64,000 bases of DNA, from the NCBI GenBank assembly GCA_041946735.1, contig JBHGAY010000003.1, positions 96,001 through 160,000 of the forward strand, read 5' to 3'. Positions 46,525-56,900 of the stretch are shown here, in pieces. Position numbers and translations under genes: made by a program. This DNA is from Candidatus Eiseniibacteriota bacterium. Lineage in GTDB: Bacteria > Eisenbacteria > RBG-16-71-46 > CAIMUX01 > VGJL01. The stretch's first letter is position 1; each line of letters opens with the position of its first letter. The notes beneath the pieces are model-generated. The model was not told the origin of the DNA, searched no databases, and saw nothing but the letters and a program-made list of their open reading frames with translations.

Positions 46525-47511
46525 ATGGAATCGATCCCGAATGTTTCGGCCGCGAGTCGCGCAAATCCGGATGCGGCGGGAATCACCGTTGAGGGCTTGA
46601 CCAAGACCTACCGTTCGGGAAAGGTGCGAGCGCTGGACGCGGTGTCGCTGCGCGTGCGTCCCGGAGAGGTCCTCGGGGTGATCGGCCCCAACGGCGCCGG
46701 CAAGACGACGCTCATGGGCTGCATGCTCGGCTTCTTGCGCCCAGACGCGGGAACCGTGGCGATCGATGGACACCCGCCTGACGACCTCTCCGTCCGTGGT
46801 GCCACGGGCTATCTGCCCGAGAGGCTCACGCTCGACCGCTGGATGACCGGTCTCGGCTACCTTCGCTATCAGCACGCGCTCGCGCGTCTGCCGGCGGAGA
46901 CGCGGGATCAGGACGCGCGTGCCTGGCTGGCTAGGGTCGGACTCGATCCGGCTGCCGGCGACCGGACGGTCCGCAGGTACTCGCAGGGGATGCTGCAACG
47001 CCTCGGCCTCGCGCAGGCGCTCCTCGGCTGCCCGCGATTCCTCTTCCTGGACGAGCCGACCTCCGGCATGGACCCGGAGGGCGTCGTCCTGTTCCGGCGG
47101 ATCGTGGGAGATCTCAAGGGCTCCGGTGTCACGGTGATCCTGAACTCGCACCAACTCGATCAGGTGGAGCGCGTCTGCGATCGCGTCGCCTTCGTTCAGC
47201 GGGGGAAGGTGGAATCGATCGACACCCTGACGGCGGGGGCTCAGCTTGAGCGTCTCCTGCGCGTGCGATTCGCCGCCGGGTCGTTCCCATCTTCCGACGC
47301 CCTGGCGCGGTGCGCGCGGGAATCGGGCGCGGAGCTGGTCGAGGTCGCACCCGGCGAAGGTCGATTCCAGGTCTCCGGCGACGAGGGCGCGGTGAGGCTC
47401 CTGCGCGCGCTCGTCGGAGCGGGACTGGCGGTCGTGGAAGCGAACGCCGACCAGGGCCGGCTCGAACGGCTTTTCACGGCTGCGGCTCCGCCGGCCGGAG
47501 ACGCGCGATGA
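46525..47511 (+). CDS. ABC transporter ATP-binding protein (ABC-2 type)
   Basis: GPNGAGKTT, YSQGMLQRLGLA, FLDEPTSGMDP, NSHQL; start may be 46480. Confidence 0.92.
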   Translation: MESIPNVSAASRANPDAAGITVEGLTKTYRSGKVRALDAVSLRVRPGEVLGVIGPNGAGKTTLMGCMLGFLRPDAGTVAIDGHPPDDLSVRGATGYLPERLTLDRWMTGLGYLRYQHALARLPAETRDQDARAWLARVGLDPAAGDRTVRRYSQGMLQRLGLAQALLGCPRFLFLDEPTSGMDPEGVVLFRRIVGDLKGSGVTVILNSHQLDQVERVCDRVAFVQRGKVESIDTLTAGAQLERLLRVRFAAGSFPSSDALARCARESGAELVEVAPGEGRFQVSGDEGAVRLLRALVGAGLAVVEANADQGRLERLFTAAAPPAGDAR

Positions 47512-48209
47512 ACGGGACGCTCATCACAGCCTTCCTTCGCCAGCGCCTGCATAGCCGCGTCCGCATGGCCTTGGCCATCTTCTTCTTCGCGACGAAGCCG
47601 CTCATCGCCGCAATCGCGCCCCGCATCGGGTTCGATCCATTCGACTGGGCCTTCGCCCTGATCGTCGGCGCGGGCATGATCGGGCAGGACGTGGCATCGG
47701 GCGTTCTCGCGGGGATCCTCGCTCGTCCGGTCCGGCGCTCCGAGTACGTGCTGAGCCGCGGCGCGGCGACGGCGATCGGCGCCGGGCTCCTCTGTCTGGC
47801 GCATTGCGCTGCCGGTTTCGCGGCGCTGGCCCTGCGTGGGGCCCCGGTCGACCTGGCCATGGCCGCTTCGCGAACGGCCGCCGCGCTCTTCACCGTCATC
47901 GGCGCCTCCGCCGTCCTGCTCTTCTTCTCCAGCGCCATGAACGCGCTCGGCGACCTCGCGGTCTACCTCATCGCTTTCCTGCTGACCCAGGTCGTGCAGA
48001 CGGTCGGGTCGATGCAGTCGATCGGCTGGCTCCAGCGGACCGGCCTCGAGCTCGGGGGATTCGTCCAACCCATCCTCTACCCCGCGCAGATCGCCGGCCC
48101 GGCGGCGTCGCCGTTCGCGGTCGTCTCGTACCTGTCGACGATCACCCTCTGCATCGTGCTCGCGATCCTCCTCACGAATCGGAAGGAGCTGTCCTATGCC
48201 GCCTCGTGA
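47508..48209 (+). CDS. ABC-2 type transporter permease
   Basis: ATGA overlap with the ATPase; about 6 transmembrane segments; DVASGVL..ILARPVRRSEYVLSR. Confidence 0.85.
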   Translation: MNGTLITAFLRQRLHSRVRMALAIFFFATKPLIAAIAPRIGFDPFDWAFALIVGAGMIGQDVASGVLAGILARPVRRSEYVLSRGAATAIGAGLLCLAHCAAGFAALALRGAPVDLAMAASRTAAALFTVIGASAVLLFFSSAMNALGDLAVYLIAFLLTQVVQTVGSMQSIGWLQRTGLELGGFVQPILYPAQIAGPAASPFAVVSYLSTITLCIVLAILLTNRKELSYAAS

Positions 48210-48795
48210 GACGAAGGCCAGCGGGTCGGGAGCAAAGGAAGAGTCGAGCGGCCGCGTAACAGTGCGCGGCTCGACGCGCGCGACGCCGCGCTGGCTTTTC
48301 GTGCTCGCGGCGGTCCTCCTGATCGCCCGCGTGGCGACAGGGATCCAGGAGCACGCCCAGGCGCGCCCACCAGTCGACCGAGTCGCGTGGGTTCCCATGG
48401 AGCAGGCGGAGGCGCAGGCACAATCCACCGGGAAGGCGATCCTCTACGACTTCTCGGCTGCGTCGTCTCGGCCGTGCCGCAGGATGGCGAGGGAGGTCTT
48501 CACCGACTCGACGATGGCGAGAATCATTTCCACGCAGTATGTGCCGGTGCAGGTCATCGATCGCTCACGTGAAGACGGACGGAATTCCGCGGCCATCGAC
48601 TCTCTGCAAGCCGTCTACCGCGTGCGCTCCTTCCCCACGCTGGTCGTGTTTCACCCGCAGACCGGCGAGCACGAAACCGCCGAGGGCTACGAGAGCCGGG
48701 GCAAGACGGCGCGGTTCCTGCAGGATCCGGCCGGCAAGCTCCACATCCGTCCGTTCCTGCCACAAGGGACGCCCCCGGCGGACTCGGGCCGGTGA
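48196..48795 (+). CDS. Membrane-anchored or exported thioredoxin-like protein with SxxC motif
   Basis: N-terminal hydrophobic helix; VAW..AEAQA...GKAILYDFSAASSRPCRRM.REVF, YRVRSFPTLV. Confidence 0.8.
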   Translation: MPPRETKASGSGAKEESSGRVTVRGSTRATPRWLFVLAAVLLIARVATGIQEHAQARPPVDRVAWVPMEQAEAQAQSTGKAILYDFSAASSRPCRRMAREVFTDSTMARIISTQYVPVQVIDRSREDGRNSAAIDSLQAVYRVRSFPTLVVFHPQTGEHETAEGYESRGKTARFLQDPAGKLHIRPFLPQGTPPADSGR

Positions 48796-48820
48796 TGTTT
48801 CCGGGACATTGTCGTGGGCA

Positions 48821-49050
48821 TCACCGCCAGCGAACGACGATGTCGCGGTCCGGGATGAAGTCGCGAACCTCGTAGGTGTAGACGACTCTGCCACGATCCG
48901 TCCGGCGCTCGAACGGGTAGCTGAACTCGCTCGGTTCGGCTTCGGGAGGCAGCCGGATCTCGAAGGTGGCCCGGCGTAGCGGCCGGCCCCACAGGCGCGC
49001 AGTCGTAAGGATGTACGGGGCGTACCCGGTCAGGATCTTCTGCCGATTAC
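48821..49050 (-). pseudogene. Probable 5'-truncated gene remnant resembling the C-terminal part of DUF4424-type proteins
   Basis: PYILTTARLWGRPLRRATFEI...FSYPF...YEVRDFIPDRDIVVRWR* is protein-like; the upstream part is not, and there is no ribosome-binding site or signal peptide. Confidence 0.4.
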
Positions 49051-49434
49051 CGGTGAACAAGCCGGGGCACACGGCGCTCGCGCGTGAAGGGCATCGCGTG
49101 GAGGTCCTTCCCTTGAATCGCACAGCGGAGGTCGGGCGGGTCGCGCACAGGATCCTGGCGTCGCGTCCCGGCTTGGTCAGGTTCTCGCTAGTCGCCCAGA
49201 GACGATTCGGGGACTTCGAGAGGTTTGCGGGCGTCCTGCGGGAATCGGGTTACCGCCTCTGCGGGAACGCCATCGCGAGCCGGTCGTCCGGTCGTCCGCT
49301 GCAGCGCCTTCACACCTCAGGCAGCCGAGCGTGCCCGCCAGGCACCGGCTCCTCTGTGGTATCCTTTGTCGCCGGGATTTCAACCCCGCCGGCCGTCTTC
49401 TTTCGAAAGCCCCGGGTGCGGGAAGGAGGATGCG

Positions 49435-50157
49435 ATGAAGGCCGTGCGTTTCCTGATCGTGCTCTCGATCCCGATCGTGCTCTCGATCCTCGCCGCCAGC
49501 ACGGATCTCGCCAAGGAATGGGACAGCCGCGGTGTGCACGGGGAAGGATCGACGGAAGTCCCCGAGGTGCGCGACGCCCTCTACTGCCAGATGCCGAGTC
49601 CCAGTTGGGGATGCTACAACGCCTCCACCGGGTTCGGCTCCGAGCTTGCCGACGACATTCCATCCAATCTCGCCGGCGAGACGGTCGCTTCCGTCGTCCT
49701 ATGGGCCGCGGAGTGGGCCGGGCAGGAGTGGCAGCCGTTCACGAGCCTGATCGTAAACTTCTATCACGAGAGCTGTCCGCCCAACCTCGACCCTGACGTG
49801 CATTACGAGGTGCCGTACAGCCAGCTGCATGTCACCGAGGCGTATGCGGGAAGCTGGTTCGTCTACGAGTGCACGGCTCCACTGAATCCTCCCATCGTTG
49901 TCGGAGCCACGATGTCGATCGGCGGCCTCCTCGACAACGCCTGGGGGACCGATCTCCCCTACTGCGGACTCGCAATCACCGACTGGTTGGAGTACGGCTG
50001 TGAGTGCTGGTGGGATGGGGACTATTGGGGGGCCCTTCGATGGACTGCCTGCGACCCGTACTTCGAACCGGTCGACCTCGCCTACTGCCTCCTCCCACCC
50101 GAGCCGGTGCCGGCCGAGGCGACGAGCTGGGGCCGCGTGAAGAGCCTGTTTCGCTGA
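49435..50157 (+). CDS. Secreted Cys/Trp-rich protein with C-terminal SWG tail (paralog of 57803)
   Basis: AAGGAGG ribosome-binding site; signal peptide; SELADD motif; ends VPAEATSWGRVKSLFR*. Extended -10-like TGGTATCCT at about 49357. Confidence 0.85.
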   Translation: MKAVRFLIVLSIPIVLSILAASTDLAKEWDSRGVHGEGSTEVPEVRDALYCQMPSPSWGCYNASTGFGSELADDIPSNLAGETVASVVLWAAEWAGQEWQPFTSLIVNFYHESCPPNLDPDVHYEVPYSQLHVTEAYAGSWFVYECTAPLNPPIVVGATMSIGGLLDNAWGTDLPYCGLAITDWLEYGCECWWDGDYWGALRWTACDPYFEPVDLAYCLLPPEPVPAEATSWGRVKSLFR

Positions 50158-50173
50158 CGTGTAGCGAAGAGCC

Positions 50174-50791
50174 CTAGGCGCGCTTCTTCCTGGCGCGCAT
50201 CCGCGCTGCGGAGCCTACGAGCCCGAGCCCGAGAAGCAGGAGAGATGTCGGTTCCGGAACCGGCCCGACCATGTCTTGACCCTGTCCCGAGCCCGCATAG
50301 TCGAACCAGCCGGCCGTCGAGCTCTGGCTCTGGGCGGTGGTCAGGTAGCCATCTACCTGGCTGCCGAGGTCGCCTGAGTACTGGAAGGCTCCTGCTGCGC
50401 GATCGGCCTCGTCATCCGCGGTCAGTTCCCAGAGCGCGATCTGGAGGGCGGCGGCATCGGTCGACGTCGATGTCTGGCCGTAGACGTTGTAGAGCCAGGC
50501 GATCTGCTGTCCGTTCCGAGGCATCTCCGTGGTGCTGCGGACGTTCACGTCGTAACAGAACGGCATCGACCCGAGGAAGTGATCGAGATCGACGCAGTAG
50601 ATCTCCGGCAGGGAGGTGCCGTTCAGCTCGGCGTCGAAGCTCCCCGCATAAAGGTTCAGATCCTGACCGAGGTAGTTGACCCAGACGGCCTGGTAATGGT
50701 GCATCCCCTGGATACACAACGGGATGGCGCCGGCGATCTGGGGAGCGGCAATCAGGGCCAGGAGGATGAGGATGGTGATCCGGGTGCGCAT
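50174..50791 (-). CDS. PEP-CTERM protein with thioester-domain (TED)-like motifs
   Basis: AAGGAGG ribosome-binding site; signal ending AGA; YCVDL, LQIALWEL, GQDMV; VPEPTSLLLLGLGLVGSAARMRARKKRA. Confidence 0.88.
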   Translation of the reverse strand: MRTRITILILLALIAAPQIAGAIPLCIQGMHHYQAVWVNYLGQDLNLYAGSFDAELNGTSLPEIYCVDLDHFLGSMPFCYDVNVRSTTEMPRNGQQIAWLYNVYGQTSTSTDAAALQIALWELTADDEADRAAGAFQYSGDLGSQVDGYLTTAQSQSSTAGWFDYAGSGQGQDMVGPVPEPTSLLLLGLGLVGSAARMRARKKRA

Positions 50792-50983
50792 GTCGTCCCT
50801 CCTTGACGCCCGTTTGCTGGACGGACGTCATTTCGAAGAATTTACTGGATTCATGATGCTATTTCAACGAAATATGCGCTTTGATGTCGGGGTGGGCAGA
50901 TGCAGGGCAGAGGCGGGCAAAGCCGGTGCAGATGCGGCAGGGAGAGCCAGGAACCCTGGGAAGCGGCGGAACGGCGCGACGCG

Positions 50984-51697
50984 CTACTTGACGGTGGGCA
51001 GACCTTCGCGATTCCACTCGGCGATGCCGCGTCTCATGTTGACGACCCGCGTGAAGCCCGCGTCGACGAGCATCTTCGAAGCGACGGTGCTTCGATTGCC
51101 GGTGGCGCAGTAAACCAGCACGGGTTCCTGCTTGCGGGGCGTGAGCTCGGCGATCCGCGCGTGCAGCTCCTGCACGGGGATCAGCACAGCGCCTTCGAGA
51201 TGACCGCTGGCGAATTCCCCCTTCGACCGCACGTCGAGGACGAGCGGATGGGCCGCTTCGATCATTCGCGCCGCTTCCTTGGCCCCGACCTCCCTGTACT
51301 GCGACGCCGCGTACTCGATTGCTTCGATCGTCCCGGTCGCGTCACCGATCCGGAAGGAGAAGCTGCCGGTATCGGGCACCTTGAAGTAGCCCGGCTCTCC
51401 GGGAGAAGCAGGGAATCGCCTGGACACGTCGAGATCAGGGATCTCAAGCGTGAAAGGCTCTCCCGTCGTGAGTTCCGGCCGGACGTAGTCGCCTCGATAG
51501 ATCGTGAACCGCTGATCCTTGGCGGACGGATCGAAGGCCAACACACGCAGTCCCGCGTCCAGCTTGCCGGATACGGTGACGGCGGGTCCGGTGGCGCCGC
51601 CACCGCTGTCGGGCGTCGACTGGCCGCACGCAAGCAGGACGAGCGAGACAGTCCAGAACGCGAGCTGGCGGCGCGATCGAGCGGCGCATCTCACCAT
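50984..51697 (-). CDS. Rhodanese-domain lipoprotein
   Basis: Lipobox LLAC; LDVRS.GEF.SGHLEGA.LIP, VYCATGNRS, GI.EW...GLP. Confidence 0.88.
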   Translation of the reverse strand: MVRCAARSRRQLAFWTVSLVLLACGQSTPDSGGGATGPAVTVSGKLDAGLRVLAFDPSAKDQRFTIYRGDYVRPELTTGEPFTLEIPDLDVSRRFPASPGEPGYFKVPDTGSFSFRIGDATGTIEAIEYAASQYREVGAKEAARMIEAAHPLVLDVRSKGEFASGHLEGAVLIPVQELHARIAELTPRKQEPVLVYCATGNRSTVASKMLVDAGFTRVVNMRRGIAEWNREGLPTVK

Positions 51698-51872
51698 CGT
51701 CCCTCCCGGACCCTACCTGCTGGCGGGCCTCTTTCTCGGACCGACGGAGGCCCTGCGGCGCGAGCCGTCGAGCTTCATGGGATCCGATCCACGAGTGCAT
51801 CCTACCCGTCAGGTGCATGGTTTTGAAGACCTGCGCGGTCCTCGATCTCGGGCGCGTTGGCGGTCGCTCGAG

Positions 51873-53858
51873 TCATCCCGTGCGAACCGTCACGAGCGCG
51901 TACGCGCCCAATTGCGGAAGGGCGACCGTCCAACCAGTGGGGCCCTTGGCCGCGTCGAGGCGGCGCGATTCCCCCTCCGGCGTCTCCCATTGCACGGACT
52001 GGACGGCCACGCTTTCCGGCAAGTCGAGGCGCAATCCGGCCACGCTCTTCGATCGCGGGGGTTTCGACTCTCCCTCTCCCCCGGCGAGTGGGGCCTCGAG
52101 CGAGTAGTTGACCAGGTGCAGGATCCAGAGGCTGCCCGCGCCATCGCCCTCCCTGCCTGCCCCGCCGTCCTTCAGCCATGCGTGAAGCTGGACGTCCGCG
52201 CCCGGCGGAGTGAGCAGGCGCGGCGCTTTCCGCTCCATGTCACCCAGAAGCGACAGAAGCTGGGTCTGGGACGGCTCCGCCTCGAACGTAGGAGCCAACG
52301 GAGTCTCTCGTGGTCTCCAGCGTTCGTCGATCGTTCCGCAGGGTCCGCATCGGATCAACAGCCCGCCTCGGCCTGCGTACTCCAGGAGGGACGCGACCTC
52401 CGCATCGGAGAGAACCGAAGCGAAGCCGACCAGAACAGCATCGAAACGCTCCAACTGGCCGGACGAACATTCAACGTTCAGGACCGTGAAGGGAATGCCG
52501 GAGTCGATCAGCAGCTTGGCCAGCTTCTCCAGTCGAGGCTGGTAGGTCCTGTCATAGAGATAAGACTTGTTGCTGTCGAGGATCGCGATGCGCGCGGCCG
52601 GCCGAAGGCCGGCGAGAAGACCCTGACGCTCGTCGAAAAAGGAGCGAATGCGAGCGATCACCGCGCCGGTCTCCGGATCGATGCGCCACGCTTCGTCTTC
52701 CTTGCCGGGGCTCCCGAAGTGAATGACCATCTCGCCCCCGCAAGCGACCGCTTCGTCGAGGCTCGCCGCGTACTGCTCCGGAGTCGCGCCCTCCTGGCCC
52801 CAGCCTTCTCCGCCAGGAATCATCTCGACCGGTTTGCGCATCGCGCGCGCGAAACCCTGCAGGTATCGAAGCGAGTTGTTGGCCTGCGGCGCGAGGGAAT
52901 GCGGTCCCTCCTCGAAGATCCACAGGTCCATCACCGCCTGGCTGAGCACGACGAGTGCCGGCATGTCCGGCTGCCCGCAGTTCGCGCTGAACACGAAGCC
53001 GGGGTCGACGGCGAGGGCCGCGCCCTTCATTTCCTTCAGGAAGTCCTCGAGGCTCGCCTCGGCGAACAGGACCCATTCACGATCCACCTGGGTCTTGCAG
53101 TCCCTCATGTCCACGAGACGTGTCGCGGGCGGTGGCGGCAGCCCGGTCTCCGTGACTCTCATCGAATCGAGCTCGGCATCGGTGTACCGAGCGGCGAGCC
53201 AGGCACGGAACGCGTCCTGGCAGATCGGGCAGTCGCAGCCGAGAGGGATGGCGTCGTCCCAGAACACTCCAAGCGCGCCGATCCGGGCGAGATGGGACAC
53301 GGCCTCCCTGCTGTGCGCCCGCCAGCCCGGGTTGTTGACGCAGGCCGCATAGCGTTGCCGCTCCGTCCCCCAGGGACGCAACGGCTGACCGTCCCCGTCG
53401 AGCGCCAGCCAGGATCGCGAGCGTGGCACGGTCTCCATGGGATCCCGCTGGGAAAAGTATCCATCGCCAAAGATCGAATGCGGTGTCGAGTAGACGAGGA
53501 CGTTCAAGCCGAGCGCGCGATACGGATCGAGCGAGGCCGCCCTCGGGGTGCCCCAGCCGGCGACAGAGAACACGGCGCCGCCGAGAATCGTCTTGCAGCC
53601 GAGCTTGACGAACGCGTCGAGGCGCTCCGGGGTTGGGGCCGCGTAGCTCAAGCCGATGTTCCACGGCTTGCCGGTCGTCAGGAGATCCGGCCACCGATCC
53701 GCCGCCCGGGCGACGGGCAGCAAGCGCATGTCCGACGGCAGCACTGCGAGGACCATCGCGAACGCCGGGAGGAGGGCAAGGGCGAAGACCCGCGCGAAAG
53801 CCCGGGCGATGGCGAGGATGCGGAGCGTCTTTGTGGTAGCAGCGCGAGTGGTGATCAC
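51873..53858 (-). CDS. Exported glycoside hydrolase-like protein (TIM barrel + GH42-like trimerisation domain inferred)
   Basis: GAGG before GTG 53858; long signal ending ARA; ACVNNPGWR, GVFWDD, GCDCPICQDAFRAWL..RY, ARIAIL, GIPF.VL, YAGRGG.L; start uncertain. Confidence 0.6.
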   Translation of the reverse strand: MITTRAATTKTLRILAIARAFARVFALALLPAFAMVLAVLPSDMRLLPVARAADRWPDLLTTGKPWNIGLSYAAPTPERLDAFVKLGCKTILGGAVFSVAGWGTPRAASLDPYRALGLNVLVYSTPHSIFGDGYFSQRDPMETVPRSRSWLALDGDGQPLRPWGTERQRYAACVNNPGWRAHSREAVSHLARIGALGVFWDDAIPLGCDCPICQDAFRAWLAARYTDAELDSMRVTETGLPPPPATRLVDMRDCKTQVDREWVLFAEASLEDFLKEMKGAALAVDPGFVFSANCGQPDMPALVVLSQAVMDLWIFEEGPHSLAPQANNSLRYLQGFARAMRKPVEMIPGGEGWGQEGATPEQYAASLDEAVACGGEMVIHFGSPGKEDEAWRIDPETGAVIARIRSFFDERQGLLAGLRPAARIAILDSNKSYLYDRTYQPRLEKLAKLLIDSGIPFTVLNVECSSGQLERFDAVLVGFASVLSDAEVASLLEYAGRGGLLIRCGPCGTIDERWRPRETPLAPTFEAEPSQTQLLSLLGDMERKAPRLLTPPGADVQLHAWLKDGGAGREGDGAGSLWILHLVNYSLEAPLAGGEGESKPPRSKSVAGLRLDLPESVAVQSVQWETPEGESRRLDAAKGPTGWTVALPQLGAYALVTVRTG

Positions 53859-53994
53859 GCCTCGAGGATACGCTCGGCGGCGCGGGAGCGAAGCCACCCG
53901 CCCCGGCGGGCCGGACCGAGTTGGGGGTGAGCCCGGCACCAGGTTCCTGATCCCCCCCGTCCAACGCCGGTCGGACGGGGGGCCGCTGCCTGCG

Positions 53995-56900
53995 CTAACG
54001 GGCGAGGATCAGACGAGCATGCACGACGCGATCGCCCGCCTGCAACCGCGCGAAGTACACCCCCGGACTGAGGCGCCGCCCGCCCCCGCTCCCGCTCAAT
54101 CCGGCCGTTCCGGCTCCGCCTGCCCACGCGATCTCGTGCGTTCCAGCTTCCACGTGACCGTCGAGGAGTGTGGCGACCCGCCGTCCGGAAACGTCGTGAA
54201 CGGTCAATCGGACGGCGCCGGGGGAGGGAATGTAAAAGCGCAGGCGCGTGTCGTCCCGTAGCGGATTCGGGAAGACGCGCTCGAAGCGAAGATCGAGCGC
54301 GCCGGCGCCTGCCGTCACGTCCGTCGCCTCCACTCCCGTCGGCGCTCCCGCGGTGCGGAAGTCCGCGTCGACCGGTCCGTTCCCGGCGAGAGAGAGCCAG
54401 GGAGTCGGCGAAAAGTATGGCGATTCCGACTCGAACCGCACACGCCAGTGGTAGGGCGTGTCGCCGGCGAGGCCGGAGACGATCTCGTTGATACCGACCC
54501 GGCTTCCTTGGCCCGGGATCGGCTCGCCGCTGTCGACCCAGTTCGTCGTGAGAGTCGGACCGCTCCACGTTTCGCCGAGCGGGGAGAACTGGTAGCTGGC
54601 GCGCACCCGCCCCCGGCCGAAGGCGCTGCGCCCCAGCATCCGGATCCGCATCTCGCCCGCCTCCTCGGAGCGTCCGAGGAGCGCGAGTCGCGAGCCATCG
54701 TCGGGCTGGCGCATGTGCAGCCGGCGGGCGGCGCCCGGCCCGAAGTCCGAAGCGCCGGTGCGATTGCCGTAGAGGAGGGCGAGTAGTCCCTCGCCTTCCG
54801 ATCCGTTCGTCGCGTCCGGCGCGCCGGCGACGAGATCCGGGAAGCCGTCGCTGTCGATGTCGCCGTATCCGGCGATCGCCGCTCCGAAGCGGCCGTCGCC
54901 TCCGTTCAGGATCGCAAACGGGGTGCTCACGATCCCGCTGGGCGAGCCGGCGAAGACATAGATCCGTCCTTCGAAGTTCGGCCCGTAGTGAGGCGCGGCT
55001 GCGGCAATATCGGAATAGCCGTCGGCGTTGATGTCGCCGATTCCTGCGACCTTCTCGCCGAGGTAGGCGCCGGCAATGTTCGGCTCGAAGGCGAAGTCGT
55101 GGAGTCCATCTACCCCTGCGGGGCCGCCGTGATAGACATAGACGGCCCCTTCCTGGTCCTGCCCGTTCGTGTATCCCGAGGCGCCGACGACGATGTCGCT
55201 GTACCCGTCGCCGTTGACGTCGCTGGCGGAGTCGATCGAGATGCCGAACTTCATCCCGGGAAAGCCGCGCCGGATCGTCTGGGAAGGACTGGGGTCGAGA
55301 TCTCCAGGCGACCCGAAGAAGACGAAGACGACCCCTTCGTTCCCCTGCGCGGTGTCATAGAGCGGAGCGCCTGAGATCACATCCGAGTAGCCGTCGCCGT
55401 TGACGTCGCCGGCGCAGGCGACCGAGAAGCCGGCGTTCGCCCCGTCCTGGTTCCCTTCCCAGCCGATGACCGGCGCCGACTGCAAGCCGCCCGCGGAGCC
55501 GAGGTACAAGAGCGCGGCCCCTTCATCCGTCTGAGGATTGTCATGGTCCGGCTTGCCAATGATCAAGTCGCCGTAGCCGTCGCCGTTCACGTCCCCGGCC
55601 GATGCTGCCGACCAGCCGAAGTCCGAGTCCGCCTGCTGGCCGCGCGCAGACCAGGAAGGATCGGCGGACAGTCCCGTCGCCGAGCCGTGATGAACCCAGA
55701 CCTTCCCCTCGTTCGCGAGTACGTCGTCATAGCCGGGAGCGGTGACCGCCACATCGTCGTACCCGTCGCCGTTGACGTCGCCGGCCGAGGCAATGACGTG
55801 GCCGTAGAAGGCGTTCGTCTGATTCCCGTCGCGGTACCAGTCCGCGGGGTTCGAGATCCCCTCGTATCCGCCGAGCCAGCAGTAGGCTCGCCCCTCGTTC
55901 GTCTCGCCGGCGTCGTAGAACCAGGCGGCCCCGAGAAGATCGGAGTAGCCGTCCCCGTTGACGTCGGCCATGCCGACCGCGTGCCCCATTCCCGCTCCGG
56001 CCTGGTTGTTCTCGGCGGTGAAGTCGGCGTTGCCGTAGTGGTCGGCGAAGGCAGCGAAGATCTGAACGCGCCCGCGATTGCTGCCGCCGGCATCGGCGAA
56101 GGGAGCGCCCACGAGGATGTCGGAGCGTCCGTCGCCGTCGACGTCGCCCGCCGTAGCGACCGCCCAGCCGAGCCCCGCAAACGCCTCGTCGGAATCGATC
56201 GCGAAGATGCTCGAGCCGGGACCGGTCGGAGAGCCGCAGTAGGCGAGCACCGAGCCCTCATCCTCCTGGCCGGCGTCCAGGTTCGGCTCGCCGAGGATCA
56301 CGTCCGCGAAGCCATCGGCGTTGACGTCGCCGGCGGTCGCGACCGCGTCGCCCAGGTAGGTGTCGCTCTGGTTGCTCTCCCATTCGCGGTGCGGAGTCCC
56401 GGCGAGTCCGGTCGCGGAGCCGAGGTAGAGGACCACGTGGCCTTCTCCCACCTGACCGTTGTCATAGGCGCCGGCGCCGATCAGGATATCGGAAAAGCCG
56501 TCGCCGTTCGTGTCGCCGGCGAATGCGAGTCCCGAGCCGAAGTACTCATCCGCTTGCACACCGGAACGGAGCCAGTCGGCAGTGTCGTCGACGCCCGCAG
56601 CGCTGCCGTGATAGCAGTAGACGGCCCCTTCGTTCGTCGGACCAAGAAGTCCCTCGTAATAGACCGCGCTGACGAGGACATCATCGTAGCCGTCGCCGTT
56701 GACGTCGCCGGCGGTCGCGACACGCCACCCGAACGCGTCCCCCGCACCGGATCCGTAGATCGTCCGATGCGGCGAGGATGCGAGACTGTCTGGCCCCCCG
56801 AGGAAGATCTGCACCCGTCCCTGCTCGGTCAGGTTGCTCGTGTAGAACGGGCTGGCGACGATCACGTCGTCGTAGCCGTCGCCGTTGACGTCGCCCGCCG

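Noticed and set aside
48450..48480. Selenocysteine recoding in the thioredoxin motif
   Set aside because: The codons are TCG TCT CGG CCG TGC; there is no in-frame TGA.
50917..50931. Sigma-54 promoter for the PEP-CTERM gene (minus strand CTGCAC-N5-TTGC)
   Set aside because: The near-invariant -24 GG is TG here.
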